Origin: Candidatus Saccharimonadota bacterium
Lineage (GTDB): Bacteria > Pseudomonadota > Gammaproteobacteria > Enterobacterales > Enterobacteriaceae
Assembly (NCBI RefSeq): GCF_000090965.1
Contig: NC_008513.1
Location: forward strand, 150,001 to 182,000
Direction of reading: 5' to 3'
Length of the DNA stretch: 32,000 nt
Below, piece after piece: positions 20,544 to 29,256 of the stretch. The position numbers and the translations under genes were made by a program. The notes under the pieces were generated by a model, which was given only the letters and a program-made list of their open reading frames with translations, had not been told where the DNA came from and searched no databases. Every line of letters starts with the position of its first letter. The first letter of the stretch is position 1.

Positions 20544-22259
20544 ATGTTATTAAAAAAAATTTTCTTTATATTTTTTTTGTTATTTTCTACTTCTGTTTCA
20601 GCAGGAAATATTAGTAATGGGAAGAATATTTATATAAAAAAAAATAAAAATTTTTATTGTTTAAATATATTAAAATCAATTAAATTAAATTTTTTAAATT
20701 ATTCTAAAAATTTTCACTTATATAAAAATAAAAAAAAAATATTAAAATTAAATAATTATATAAATTTTTCTAAAAATAATTTTTTTAGTTTGAATAAATT
20801 TAATTTTTTAAAATTTTTCAATAATAAAAAAATAGTTAATGAAATTTTTTTTTTAAATTATTTTAAAAATTTTTATATTAAAAATAATATTAATAATACT
20901 ATTTTTTTAAAAAAGATTATTTCTTTACATAAATTATTTTTTTTTCATAAAAATCATAATAAGAAATATTTATCTAATTCTTTTTTTTTAAAAAATAAAT
21001 TTAATAATATTTGTAATATTAATTTTTTAAATTATAAAAATAATTATATACAAAAAAAATTGAATATTTTTAAAAATTTTAATTTTAAAAATATATTTAA
21101 TAGAAGAAATATTAAAAATTTTCATATATCAACTAGTTATGATAAAGATAAGGGATTGTTTTTGCAATTGTTATTGCTAGAAAAAAATATTTTTAATACA
21201 AATAATGAATTATATTTCAGAATTTTAAAAAATTTTATTGATACAAAAATTAATATTTATTTAATAAAATCATTAACATCATTTAAAGATTTTTTTTTAA
21301 AATCAGATGCTTTTATAAATCATTTTAAAGAAAATAATTATTCTAAAAAAAATTATATAAATAAATTATTTGGTTTTTGTTCATTATTATCTTCTCCGAT
21401 TAAAAATAATAAGAAATTTTCTATGTCTCTTGGTTATCAAAATATAAAACTTTCATATATTTCTCCACATATTAATTTATTTCAGTATTTATCATCAATT
21501 TCAAAAAAATTTTCTTTGAAAACAAAAAGAAATACTTTTTTTATTAATGATTTTTTTGTTAAATATATGTTTGATTTTAATAACATAAAAGAAAAAAATT
21601 TTTTTAAGAATGGAGTACATGCAAAAATTTTAGGTAAATTATCATTACCTTTGTTTGATAATTTTTATAATAAAATTTTTTTAAAAATTCATCAATATAC
21701 ATCATTTAAAAATTTATTTAATTTAGTTATACATAATGTTTTAGAATTGGGGTTTGGTTCTTCTTTAGGTAAAAATGTTTATCCTTTTTACGAAAATTAT
21801 AAATTTTCTAAAAAAAATTTAAGAAGTGGTTTTAAAGATAATTCTATTGGTCCTACAGCTATATATTATAAATTAAATTATAATAATATTCAGAATAAAG
21901 AAATGTTACGTACATCTAAATTTTATCCTTCTACTGATTATTTAGGCGGAAATGAAATAATACATTTAAATACAGAATTATTATTCCCTAAAGTAAAAGT
22001 TTTATATAATTTTTTTAAATGTTTTCAAATTGGATTTTTTTCTGATATTATTAGAATTGTAGATCATCAATGGGATAATAGAATGTTATTATATTCAATT
22101 AATAAAAAAATGAACTTCATTAATCCTAATAAACTTTATTTTTCAGTTGGCTCATTTGCTAGACTTATTACTTCTTTAGGACCAATATCAGTAACATTTT
22201 CTTTACCTATATGTCCTAATGATTTTTCTGATAGTTGTTTTAAAAAATTTATGTATTGA
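20544..22259 (+). CDS. bamA: Outer-membrane protein assembly factor BamA (YaeT), shortened and highly diverged
   Basis: The signal peptide [21 protein letters not shown] is present. The barrel is collinear with E. coli BamA: [15 protein letters not shown] aligns with [45 protein letters not shown] with [54 protein letters not shown] with DAVGGNAMAVASLEFITP, and [12 protein letters not shown] with LGPLVFSYAQPF. The terminal residue is aromatic (Y). The gene sits in the syntenic position after frr. Confidence 0.85.
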   Translation: [571 protein letters not shown]

Positions 22260-22328
22260 TTTTTTTTAATTTTATTTAAATATTAAATATTTAAAAAATT
22301 TATTAAAATTAAATAAAAAGAGTTATTT

Positions 22329-22778
22329 ATGAAAAATATAAAAAAAAAAATAAGCTTAAAAAATATTTTAAAAATTTTACCTCATCGATTTCCATTTTTA
22401 TTAGTTGATAAAGTATTAGATTTTAAGAAAAATATTTTTTTAAGTACATTAAAAAGTATTTCTGCAAATGATTTTTTTTTTTTAGGACATTTTCCTAAAA
22501 AATTTATTTTTCCAGGTGTTTTAATAATTGAATCAATTGCTCAGTCTTGTTGTTTACTTCTTTTTTATATACACAAATCTTTGTCAGTAAAGAATAAAAC
22601 GTATTGTTTAGCTAGTATCAAAGATACTAGTTTTTTTCGTCCTGTATATCCAGGAGATCAAATGATTATTAAAGTATATTTTAAAAGAAGAATATGTAAG
22701 ATGTATTTTTTTTATGGAATAGTTTTTGTTAAGAATATAATTATTTGTAAATCAACATTATTATTATCATATTTATAG
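22329..22778 (+). CDS. fabZ: 3-hydroxyacyl-ACP dehydratase FabZ
   Basis: 149 aa. LPHRFPFLLVDKV, the catalytic-His context FFFLGHFP, and the catalytic-Glu context PGVLIIESIAQ and PGDQMII all match E. coli FabZ. Confidence 0.92.
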   Translation: MKNIKKKISLKNILKILPHRFPFLLVDKVLDFKKNIFLSTLKSISANDFFFLGHFPKKFIFPGVLIIESIAQSCCLLLFYIHKSLSVKNKTYCLASIKDTSFFRPVYPGDQMIIKVYFKRRICKMYFFYGIVFVKNIIICKSTLLLSYL

Positions 22779-22905
22779 TATAGGTAATAAAACATAAATT
22801 ATTTTTAATAATAAAATTTTGTGTAAAAATTAGATAAACATTTTTATAAATTTTTAAAAATATTTTAATATTTTAAAAATATTTATATTTTTTATTAGGA
22901 TATAT

Positions 22906-25900
22906 ATGTATATAACAGATTTTGTTCATATTCGTATACATAGTGATTATTCTATGATTGATGGAATTATAAAACCTAAAAAATTAGTAGAATATGCTAA
23001 ATTAATGAATATGAAAGTTTTAGGAATTACTGATATTAGTAATTTACACGGTGTTATTAAATTCTATTCTTCAGCATGTAAACTAGGAATAAAACCAATT
23101 ATTGGAGTAGATATTATTGTTTCATCAAAATTTGAACAGAATGTTTTTAGTAACCTAACTTTGTTAGCAAGAAATAATATTGGTTATAATAATATAATTA
23201 AATTATTATCTGAATCATATCAATCTGGATATGATAATAATATTGGTTTAGTAATTAAAATAGACGATTTATTAAAATATAGAAAAGGATTATTAGTTTT
23301 ATCAGGAGGTATTAAAGGGAATATAGGAAAATGTATTTTCAATAATAAAAAAAAATTATTATATAAATATCTTTTATTTTATAAAAAATATTTTTTAAAC
23401 AAATTTTATTTAGAAATTTCTCGGTTAGGTTATGAAAAAGAAGAAGAATATATAATATATATAAAATATATTTCTTATAAATTTTCTTTACCTATTGTTG
23501 CTACTAATGAAGTTTTATTTCTTAAAAAAAAAGATTTTCAAGTACATAAAATTAAAGTAGCAATATATAAAAAAAAAACTATTTCAGATTCTAATTTTGT
23601 GTATAAATATACAGAAAATCAATTTTTAAGAAAAAATGATGAAATGATTAAAATTTTTCATGATTGCCCGGAAGCAATAATAAATAGTTTTGAAATATCA
23701 AAACGTTGCAATGTTATTATACCCTCAGGTTCTTATTTTTTACCTTTATTTCCTACTGGTTCAATTAATTTATATGATTTTTTTGTAAAAAAATCTAAAG
23801 AAGGTTTAAAAAAACGTTTAAAAACGATTTATTTAAATAAAAATAAAAGAGAAAAAAAAAAAGATATATATTTTTCTCGATTAGAGTATGAATTATTAAT
23901 TATTAAAAAAATGGGTTTTATAAGTTATTTTTTAATAGTTATGGAATTTATTCAGTGGGCTAAGAAAAATAATATTCCTGTAGGTCCTGGAAGAGGATCA
24001 GGTTCTGGTTCATTAGTATCATTTGCTTTAAATATTACAGAAATAGATCCTTTAAAATTTAATTTATTATTTGAAAGATTTTTAAATCCTAATCGCATAT
24101 CTTTACCAGATTTTGATATTGATTTTTGTATGAATAAAAGAGATTTAGTTATTGATCATGTTTCTAAAAAATATGGTCGTAATTCTGTTGCTCAAATTAT
24201 TACTTTTGGAACTATGGCAGCTAAAGCGGTGGTAAGAGATGTTGGAAGAGTTTTAGGATATCCATATGGATTAATAAATAAAATTTCAAAATTAATTCCT
24301 TTAGATTCTAATATGAATTTAAAAAAAGCTTTTTCTATAAAAAAAGAATTAATTGATTTATATCATCATAATAATGATATTAAAAAATTAATTAATATAT
24401 CCAAAAAATTAGAAGGTGTTATAAAAAATATAGGAAAACATGCTGGTGGGGTAGTTATCTCTCCTACAAAAATTTCAGATTTTATACCTATAATATGTGA
24501 TCATTTAGGTAATAATCAAGTTACACAATTTGATAAGAATGATGTAGAATTTGTAGGATTAGTTAAGTTTGATTTTTTAGGTTTAAAAACTTTAACAATG
24601 ATTGATATGATTATTAAAAGAATTAATAAAAAAGATAAAATAAAAAAAAAGTTTTTTCTTAATAAAATTAGTTTAAAAAATAAAAAAAGTTTTTTACTAT
24701 TAAAAAAATCTGAAACTACTTCAGTATTTCAATTAGAATCAATAGGAATGAGAAATTTAATTAAGCGTCTAAAACCCGATTCTTTTGAAGACATTGTTTC
24801 TCTTGTTGCTTTATATCGACCGGGTCCTTTACAATCTGGTATGGTAGATAACTTTATAAATCGTAAACATGGAAAAGAAAAAATTTCTTATCCAGATTCT
24901 AAATGGCAACATAAATGGTTAAAACCTATATTAAAATCAACATATGGAATTATTTTATATCAAGAACAAGTAATGCAAATTGCTCAAATATTATCAAACT
25001 TTACTCCTAGTGAAGCAGATATTTTAAGAAGAGCTATGGCTAAAAAAAATCCTAAGGAAATGATGCGACAAAAAAAATTGTTTCAATCCGGTGCTAAAGA
25101 AAATTTGATTGATGTAAATTTATCAAAAAAAATTTTTTATTTATTGGAGAAATTTTCTTCTTATGGATTTAATAAATCTCATTCTGTAACATATGCTTTA
25201 TTAGCATATCAAACTTTATGGTTAAAAGCGAATTATCCATCTGAATTTATGGTATCAGCTATGACTTTAGACATGACAAATACTAATAAAATTGTTAATT
25301 TAATTTATGATGCTCGTCGTATGAAATTAAAAATAATTCCACCTAATGTTAATATTAGTAATTATTCATTTTCAATTAATAAATACGGAGATATAATTTA
25401 TGGTTTAGGTGCAATTAAAGGATTAGGAAAATCTTCAATTGATATAATTATTGAAGAAAGAAAAAAGAAAAACAATGCTTTTTTTAGTTTTTTAGATTTT
25501 TGTGTTTGTTTGTTATTAAAAAAGATAACTCGTCATGTTTTTGAAATTTTAATTATGTCAGGAGCTTGTGATTGCTTTAATATATGTAGAGTTGAATTAT
25601 TTAATAAAATAGAATATTTACTAAAACTTGCAAAACAAAAAATTTCTAATATTCAGTTACAGCAAAATAATTTATTTAATTTTAATAATGATTTTTTTCA
25701 AAAAATTTCTATAAAAAATTATAAAAAAGAAAAAAATTTTTATAATTTTGAATTATATAATATTTTTTTAAAGAAATTACAATGGGAAAAAGAAATTTTA
25801 GGTTTATATTTAAGTAATCATCCTATTAAAAATTTTTTAAATGAAATAAATTATTATACAAAAGGTATGAAATTAAATGATTATTTATTAGATAATAAAA

Positions 25901-26424
25901 AAAAAAATGTAATTTTATCAGGAATGATTTTTTCTATAAAAACTATGTTTACAAAAAAAAAAAAAAAATTTTATATAATAACGTTAGATGATTCTTATAG
26001 TCGATTAGATGTTTTATATTTTAATAATATGAATATTCAAAAAGATTCTATTTTTTATAAAAAAAATATTATTGTAGTTATTTATGGAATATTATCATTT
26101 GATTTTTTTACTAATAGATCGAGAATAATAATTAAAAAAATTCAAAATATTGAACAATTTCGTTTAAAAAAAATTAAATGTATAAAAATTTATATTAAGA
26201 ATAATTCTAAAAATGATATTAAATTATTTGATTTATTATATGATTTTTTAATTAATAAAACAAATAAAGGAAAAATATCAGTGTTTTTTTTTCTTCCTGC
26301 TGATTATTTTATTAAACATAAATTATTTTATTATTCATATAAAATTTTTCCAGATAATGATTTTTTAAATTATTTAAAATTTTTTAAAAAACAAATAATT
26401 ATTAAATTAAATTTTTTTAAATAG
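22906..26424 (+). CDS. dnaE: DNA polymerase III alpha subunit
   Basis: 1172 aa. PHP domain FVHIRIHSDYSMIDG, GPGRGSGSGSLVSFALNITEIDP, LPDFDIDFC, KHAGGVVISP, FDFLGLKTLT, YGFNKSHSVTYALLAYQTLWLKANYP, and a QNNLF clamp-binding-like motif. Confidence 0.97.
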   Translation: MYITDFVHIRIHSDYSMIDGIIKPKKLVEYAKLMNMKVLGITDISNLHGVIKFYSSACKLGIKPIIGVDIIVSSKFEQNVFSNLTLLARNNIGYNNIIKLLSESYQSGYDNNIGLVIKIDDLLKYRKGLLVLSGGIKGNIGKCIFNNKKKLLYKYLLFYKKYFLNKFYLEISRLGYEKEEEYIIYIKYISYKFSLPIVATNEVLFLKKKDFQVHKIKVAIYKKKTISDSNFVYKYTENQFLRKNDEMIKIFHDCPEAIINSFEISKRCNVIIPSGSYFLPLFPTGSINLYDFFVKKSKEGLKKRLKTIYLNKNKREKKKDIYFSRLEYELLIIKKMGFISYFLIVMEFIQWAKKNNIPVGPGRGSGSGSLVSFALNITEIDPLKFNLLFERFLNPNRISLPDFDIDFCMNKRDLVIDHVSKKYGRNSVAQIITFGTMAAKAVVRDVGRVLGYPYGLINKISKLIPLDSNMNLKKAFSIKKELIDLYHHNNDIKKLINISKKLEGVIKNIGKHAGGVVISPTKISDFIPIICDHLGNNQVTQFDKNDVEFVGLVKFDFLGLKTLTMIDMIIKRINKKDKIKKKFFLNKISLKNKKSFLLLKKSETTSVFQLESIGMRNLIKRLKPDSFEDIVSLVALYRPGPLQSGMVDNFINRKHGKEKISYPDSKWQHKWLKPILKSTYGIILYQEQVMQIAQILSNFTPSEADILRRAMAKKNPKEMMRQKKLFQSGAKENLIDVNLSKKIFYLLEKFSSYGFNKSHSVTYALLAYQTLWLKANYPSEFMVSAMTLDMTNTNKIVNLIYDARRMKLKIIPPNVNISNYSFSINKYGDIIYGLGAIKGLGKSSIDIIIEERKKKNNAFFSFLDFCVCLLLKKITRHVFEILIMSGACDCFNICRVELFNKIEYLLKLAKQKISNIQLQQNNLFNFNNDFFQKISIKNYKKEKNFYNFELYNIFLKKLQWEKEILGLYLSNHPIKNFLNEINYYTKGMKLNDYLLDNKKKNVILSGMIFSIKTMFTKKKKKFYIITLDDSYSRLDVLYFNNMNIQKDSIFYKKNIIVVIYGILSFDFFTNRSRIIIKKIQNIEQFRLKKIKCIKIYIKNNSKNDIKLFDLLYDFLINKTNKGKISVFFFLPADYFIKHKLFYYSYKIFPDNDFLNYLKFFKKQIIIKLNFFK

Positions 26425-26441
26425 ATTTTTTATTTAGTGAA

Positions 26442-27710
26442 TTATATTATTTTATTTTTTATAATTGATATTATTTTGGAGTATAATACTTTTTTTTTAG
26501 AGTTTTTTTTTCTTGAATATAATTCTACTTTTTTAGATGTAATTGTATTTTTACTAATTAAAATACCAAATGGTATTCCAATTAAATTCATATCTGCAAA
26601 CATTTTTCCTAAACTTTCATTTCTGTTATCAAATAAAACATCAATATTTTTATTTATTAATTTTTTATAAAGTTTTTTTGCTATTTTTTTTATTTTTTTG
26701 TTTTTATACATATTAATTGGAAGTATAAATACTTGAAAAGGTGCTATACAATTAGGCCAAATAATTCCGTATTTATCATGATTTTGTTCTATAATTGAAG
26801 ATATTATTCTATTTATTCCGATTCCATAACAACCCATGTTAAGTAATTTTTTTTTGTTTTTTTTATCCTGAATATAAAAATTTGTATTTTTAGAATATTT
26901 TTTTTCAATTTGGAAAATATGTCCAATTTCTATACTGTTTTTTTTTATTAGTTTTTTTTCTTTTTGTAGTAAATAATTTTTAAATTTTTTTTTTTTTTCA
27001 TTAAATTCATTATAATTAAAAGCATAATTAGATTTTTTCAAAAATATAATTTTGTTTTCACCCATTTCAGAAATAGCATGAAATTCATCTGATATTGATC
27101 CTCCCATAATTTTTGAATGAGCTTTAACTATTTTAAAATTTAATTTTAATTTTTTAAATATTTTTATATATATATTTTTCATATTTTCATATGTTTTTTT
27201 TAATGAATCTTTGTTAATATGAAATGAATATGCATCTTTCATGAGAAATTCTATTGTTCGTATTACACCAAATCTTGGTCGAATTTCATCTCTAAATTTT
27301 TTTTGTATTTGATAAAAAGTAATTGGTAATTGTTTATAGGAATGTATTTCTTGTTGACAAATATAATTTATAGCTTCTTCATGCGTAGGACTTAATACAT
27401 ATTTTTTGTTTCTTCGATCAGTTATTTTAATTAATTCTTCTCCATATAATTTTTTTCTTCCGCTTTTTTTCCATAAATTTTCCGGTTGTATGATAGGCAT
27501 ACAAATTTCCATGCATCCATGATTATTTAATATACTAGAAATAATCTTTGTTATTTTCTTAATTATACGATAACCAGTAGGAAGCCAGGTGTATATACCA
27601 GATGATAACATTCTAATCATTCCTGATCGAAGCATAAGTTGATGACTAATAGATTCTATATTTTTTGGTTTTTCTTTTAAAGTTGATAATAAATATTTTT
27701 TTGTATACAT
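26442..27710 (-). CDS. proS: Prolyl-tRNA synthetase, short form lacking the INS editing domain
   Basis: 422 aa. The N-terminus YLLSTLKEKP..ISHQLMLRSGMIR..GIYTWLPTG, then FYQIQKKFRDEIRPRFGVIRTIEFLMKDAYSF, then directly IEIGHIFQ..MGCYGIGINR..IWPNCIAPFQVFILP and the anticodon-binding domain. Only about 23 residues lie where E. coli ProRS has the roughly 180-aa INS domain. Confidence 0.95.
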   Translation of the reverse strand: MYTKKYLLSTLKEKPKNIESISHQLMLRSGMIRMLSSGIYTWLPTGYRIIKKITKIISSILNNHGCMEICMPIIQPENLWKKSGRKKLYGEELIKITDRRNKKYVLSPTHEEAINYICQQEIHSYKQLPITFYQIQKKFRDEIRPRFGVIRTIEFLMKDAYSFHINKDSLKKTYENMKNIYIKIFKKLKLNFKIVKAHSKIMGGSISDEFHAISEMGENKIIFLKKSNYAFNYNEFNEKKKKFKNYLLQKEKKLIKKNSIEIGHIFQIEKKYSKNTNFYIQDKKNKKKLLNMGCYGIGINRIISSIIEQNHDKYGIIWPNCIAPFQVFILPINMYKNKKIKKIAKKLYKKLINKNIDVLFDNRNESLGKMFADMNLIGIPFGILISKNTITSKKVELYSRKKNSKKKVLYSKIISIIKNKII

Positions 27711-28131
27711 TATTTTTATCCTGAATATTAATAAATTTATAAAATAATTAAGATATTTTCAACATAAATTAATTAATTTTTTTTTTTAATAAAATACTTT
27801 TATTTATTAAAAATTTTTATTACATTAAATATATTTAAAATTTTATTTCTAAAATAAAACTTATTCTTTAAATAAAATTAATTATATTTTTTAAATAAAG
27901 AATTTAATTTATTAAGTAATTAATTTTATAATTTATATTATAAATATAATATACTGTATTTTATACAAATAAAAATTTTTTATTTTTAAAAATTAAATTT
28001 TTTATTTTTTCTTATATATTATTGTTATAATATATATAAGAAATTTTATATTTTTAATAAAATATATATATTTATTATATATAAGATTTATATGTTTTTT
28101 AAAATTTATTTAATAATATGGTATATTATAT

Positions 28132-29247
28132 ATGAATTATACTTCTCAAGAAAATAAAACTGAAGAAGCAACTCCTAATAAAATTAAAAAATTTAAAAAA
28201 AATGGAATTTTTCAAAGTTCACATGATTTAAATTCTTTTTTTATTTTGTTGTTTTTTTTTTCTTTTTTTTATATAAATAAAAAATTTATTTTTTTTTATT
28301 TTTTAAAATTATTTATACTAAGTTTTAGTTTTCAAACTAATATAATTAATCAACCGCATTTTTTTTTTGATTCATTTTTTCAAAATATTAAATTTTTACT
28401 TATTTTTTTCTTAATTTTATTTATTGGTATTTTTTTTATATTAATAATTTCTCCTGTTTTGATATATAAAGAAATAACAAAAATAAAATTTTTAAATTTT
28501 AATTTAAATTTTTTAAATATTTTAAATAATGTAAAAAAAAAAAGTCTATTTGATTTAATTATAGAATTTTTTTTTTCTTTTTTTAAAATTATATTAGTTT
28601 TTTTTGTTTCTTTTATTTTTGTAAAGACAATGTATTTTAAAAAAAAATATTTTTACTCTTATTCATTTTTTAGTAATATATTTTTAGGTTACAAGTTTGT
28701 TTATAGATTTATATCATTATTATTAATGATTTTCTTAATTATTGCAATTATAGATTCTAGTATTAAATATTTTAAACATTTTAATAATCTTAAAATGACT
28801 ATTCAAGAAATAAAAGATGAACAAAAAGAATTAGATGGTAATCCTATAATCAAACAAAGAATTAGATTTTTAATGAAACAAACATTACGAAAATCTGTTT
28901 TTTCACAAGTAATAAAATCTAATGTAATTATTTATGATTCCGTAAATTTTGCTGTTGCTATTCAATATAATATACATTTAAATTCTACTCCTATAATATC
29001 TGCAAAAGGTTCAGGAAAAGTAGCATTACGAATAATAAAAATTGCAGAAGAAAATAATATTCCTATTTTTTTTTCTAATTCTATAGCAAAATATTTATAT
29101 AATAATTTTTTTATTGGAAATAATATATCAGTAAATTTACATTATTCAATAGCAAAAATTTTGGCATGGGCGTGGAAATTAAAATATTGGAAACAACATG
29201 GTGGAATTTATCCAACACAACCTACTATATTTTTTAATAATTCATAA
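28132..29247 (+). CDS. flhB: Flagellar type III export apparatus protein FlhB (autocleavage motif not conserved)
   Basis: 371 aa. N-terminal KTEEATPNKIKKFKKNG aligns with KTEAPTPHRLEKAREEG. The linker and C-domain KMTIQEIKDEQKELDGNPIIKQRIR, AVAIQY, SAKGSGKVALRIIKIAEENNIP and ILAWAWKLKYW are collinear with E. coli FlhB. Confidence 0.93.
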   Translation: MNYTSQENKTEEATPNKIKKFKKNGIFQSSHDLNSFFILLFFFSFFYINKKFIFFYFLKLFILSFSFQTNIINQPHFFFDSFFQNIKFLLIFFLILFIGIFFILIISPVLIYKEITKIKFLNFNLNFLNILNNVKKKSLFDLIIEFFFSFFKIILVFFVSFIFVKTMYFKKKYFYSYSFFSNIFLGYKFVYRFISLLLMIFLIIAIIDSSIKYFKHFNNLKMTIQEIKDEQKELDGNPIIKQRIRFLMKQTLRKSVFSQVIKSNVIIYDSVNFAVAIQYNIHLNSTPIISAKGSGKVALRIIKIAEENNIPIFFSNSIAKYLYNNFFIGNNISVNLHYSIAKILAWAWKLKYWKQHGGIYPTQPTIFFNNS

Positions 29248-29256
29248 TTTATATTT

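Noticed and set aside
20604-21120. Possibility that the N/K/F-rich first third of the bamA ORF is non-coding junk or a pseudogene fused to the barrel
   Set aside because: The frame stays open for 1716 nt in DNA where stop triplets are extremely frequent. It begins with a good signal peptide and cleavage site, and it continues without interruption into the barrel. I keep it as coding, though its function is uncertain.
26437-26670. 77-aa plus-strand ORF overlapping the 3' end of proS
   Set aside because: It is antisense to the ProRS anticodon-binding domain, is F/I/L-rich and has no support. It is a shadow ORF.
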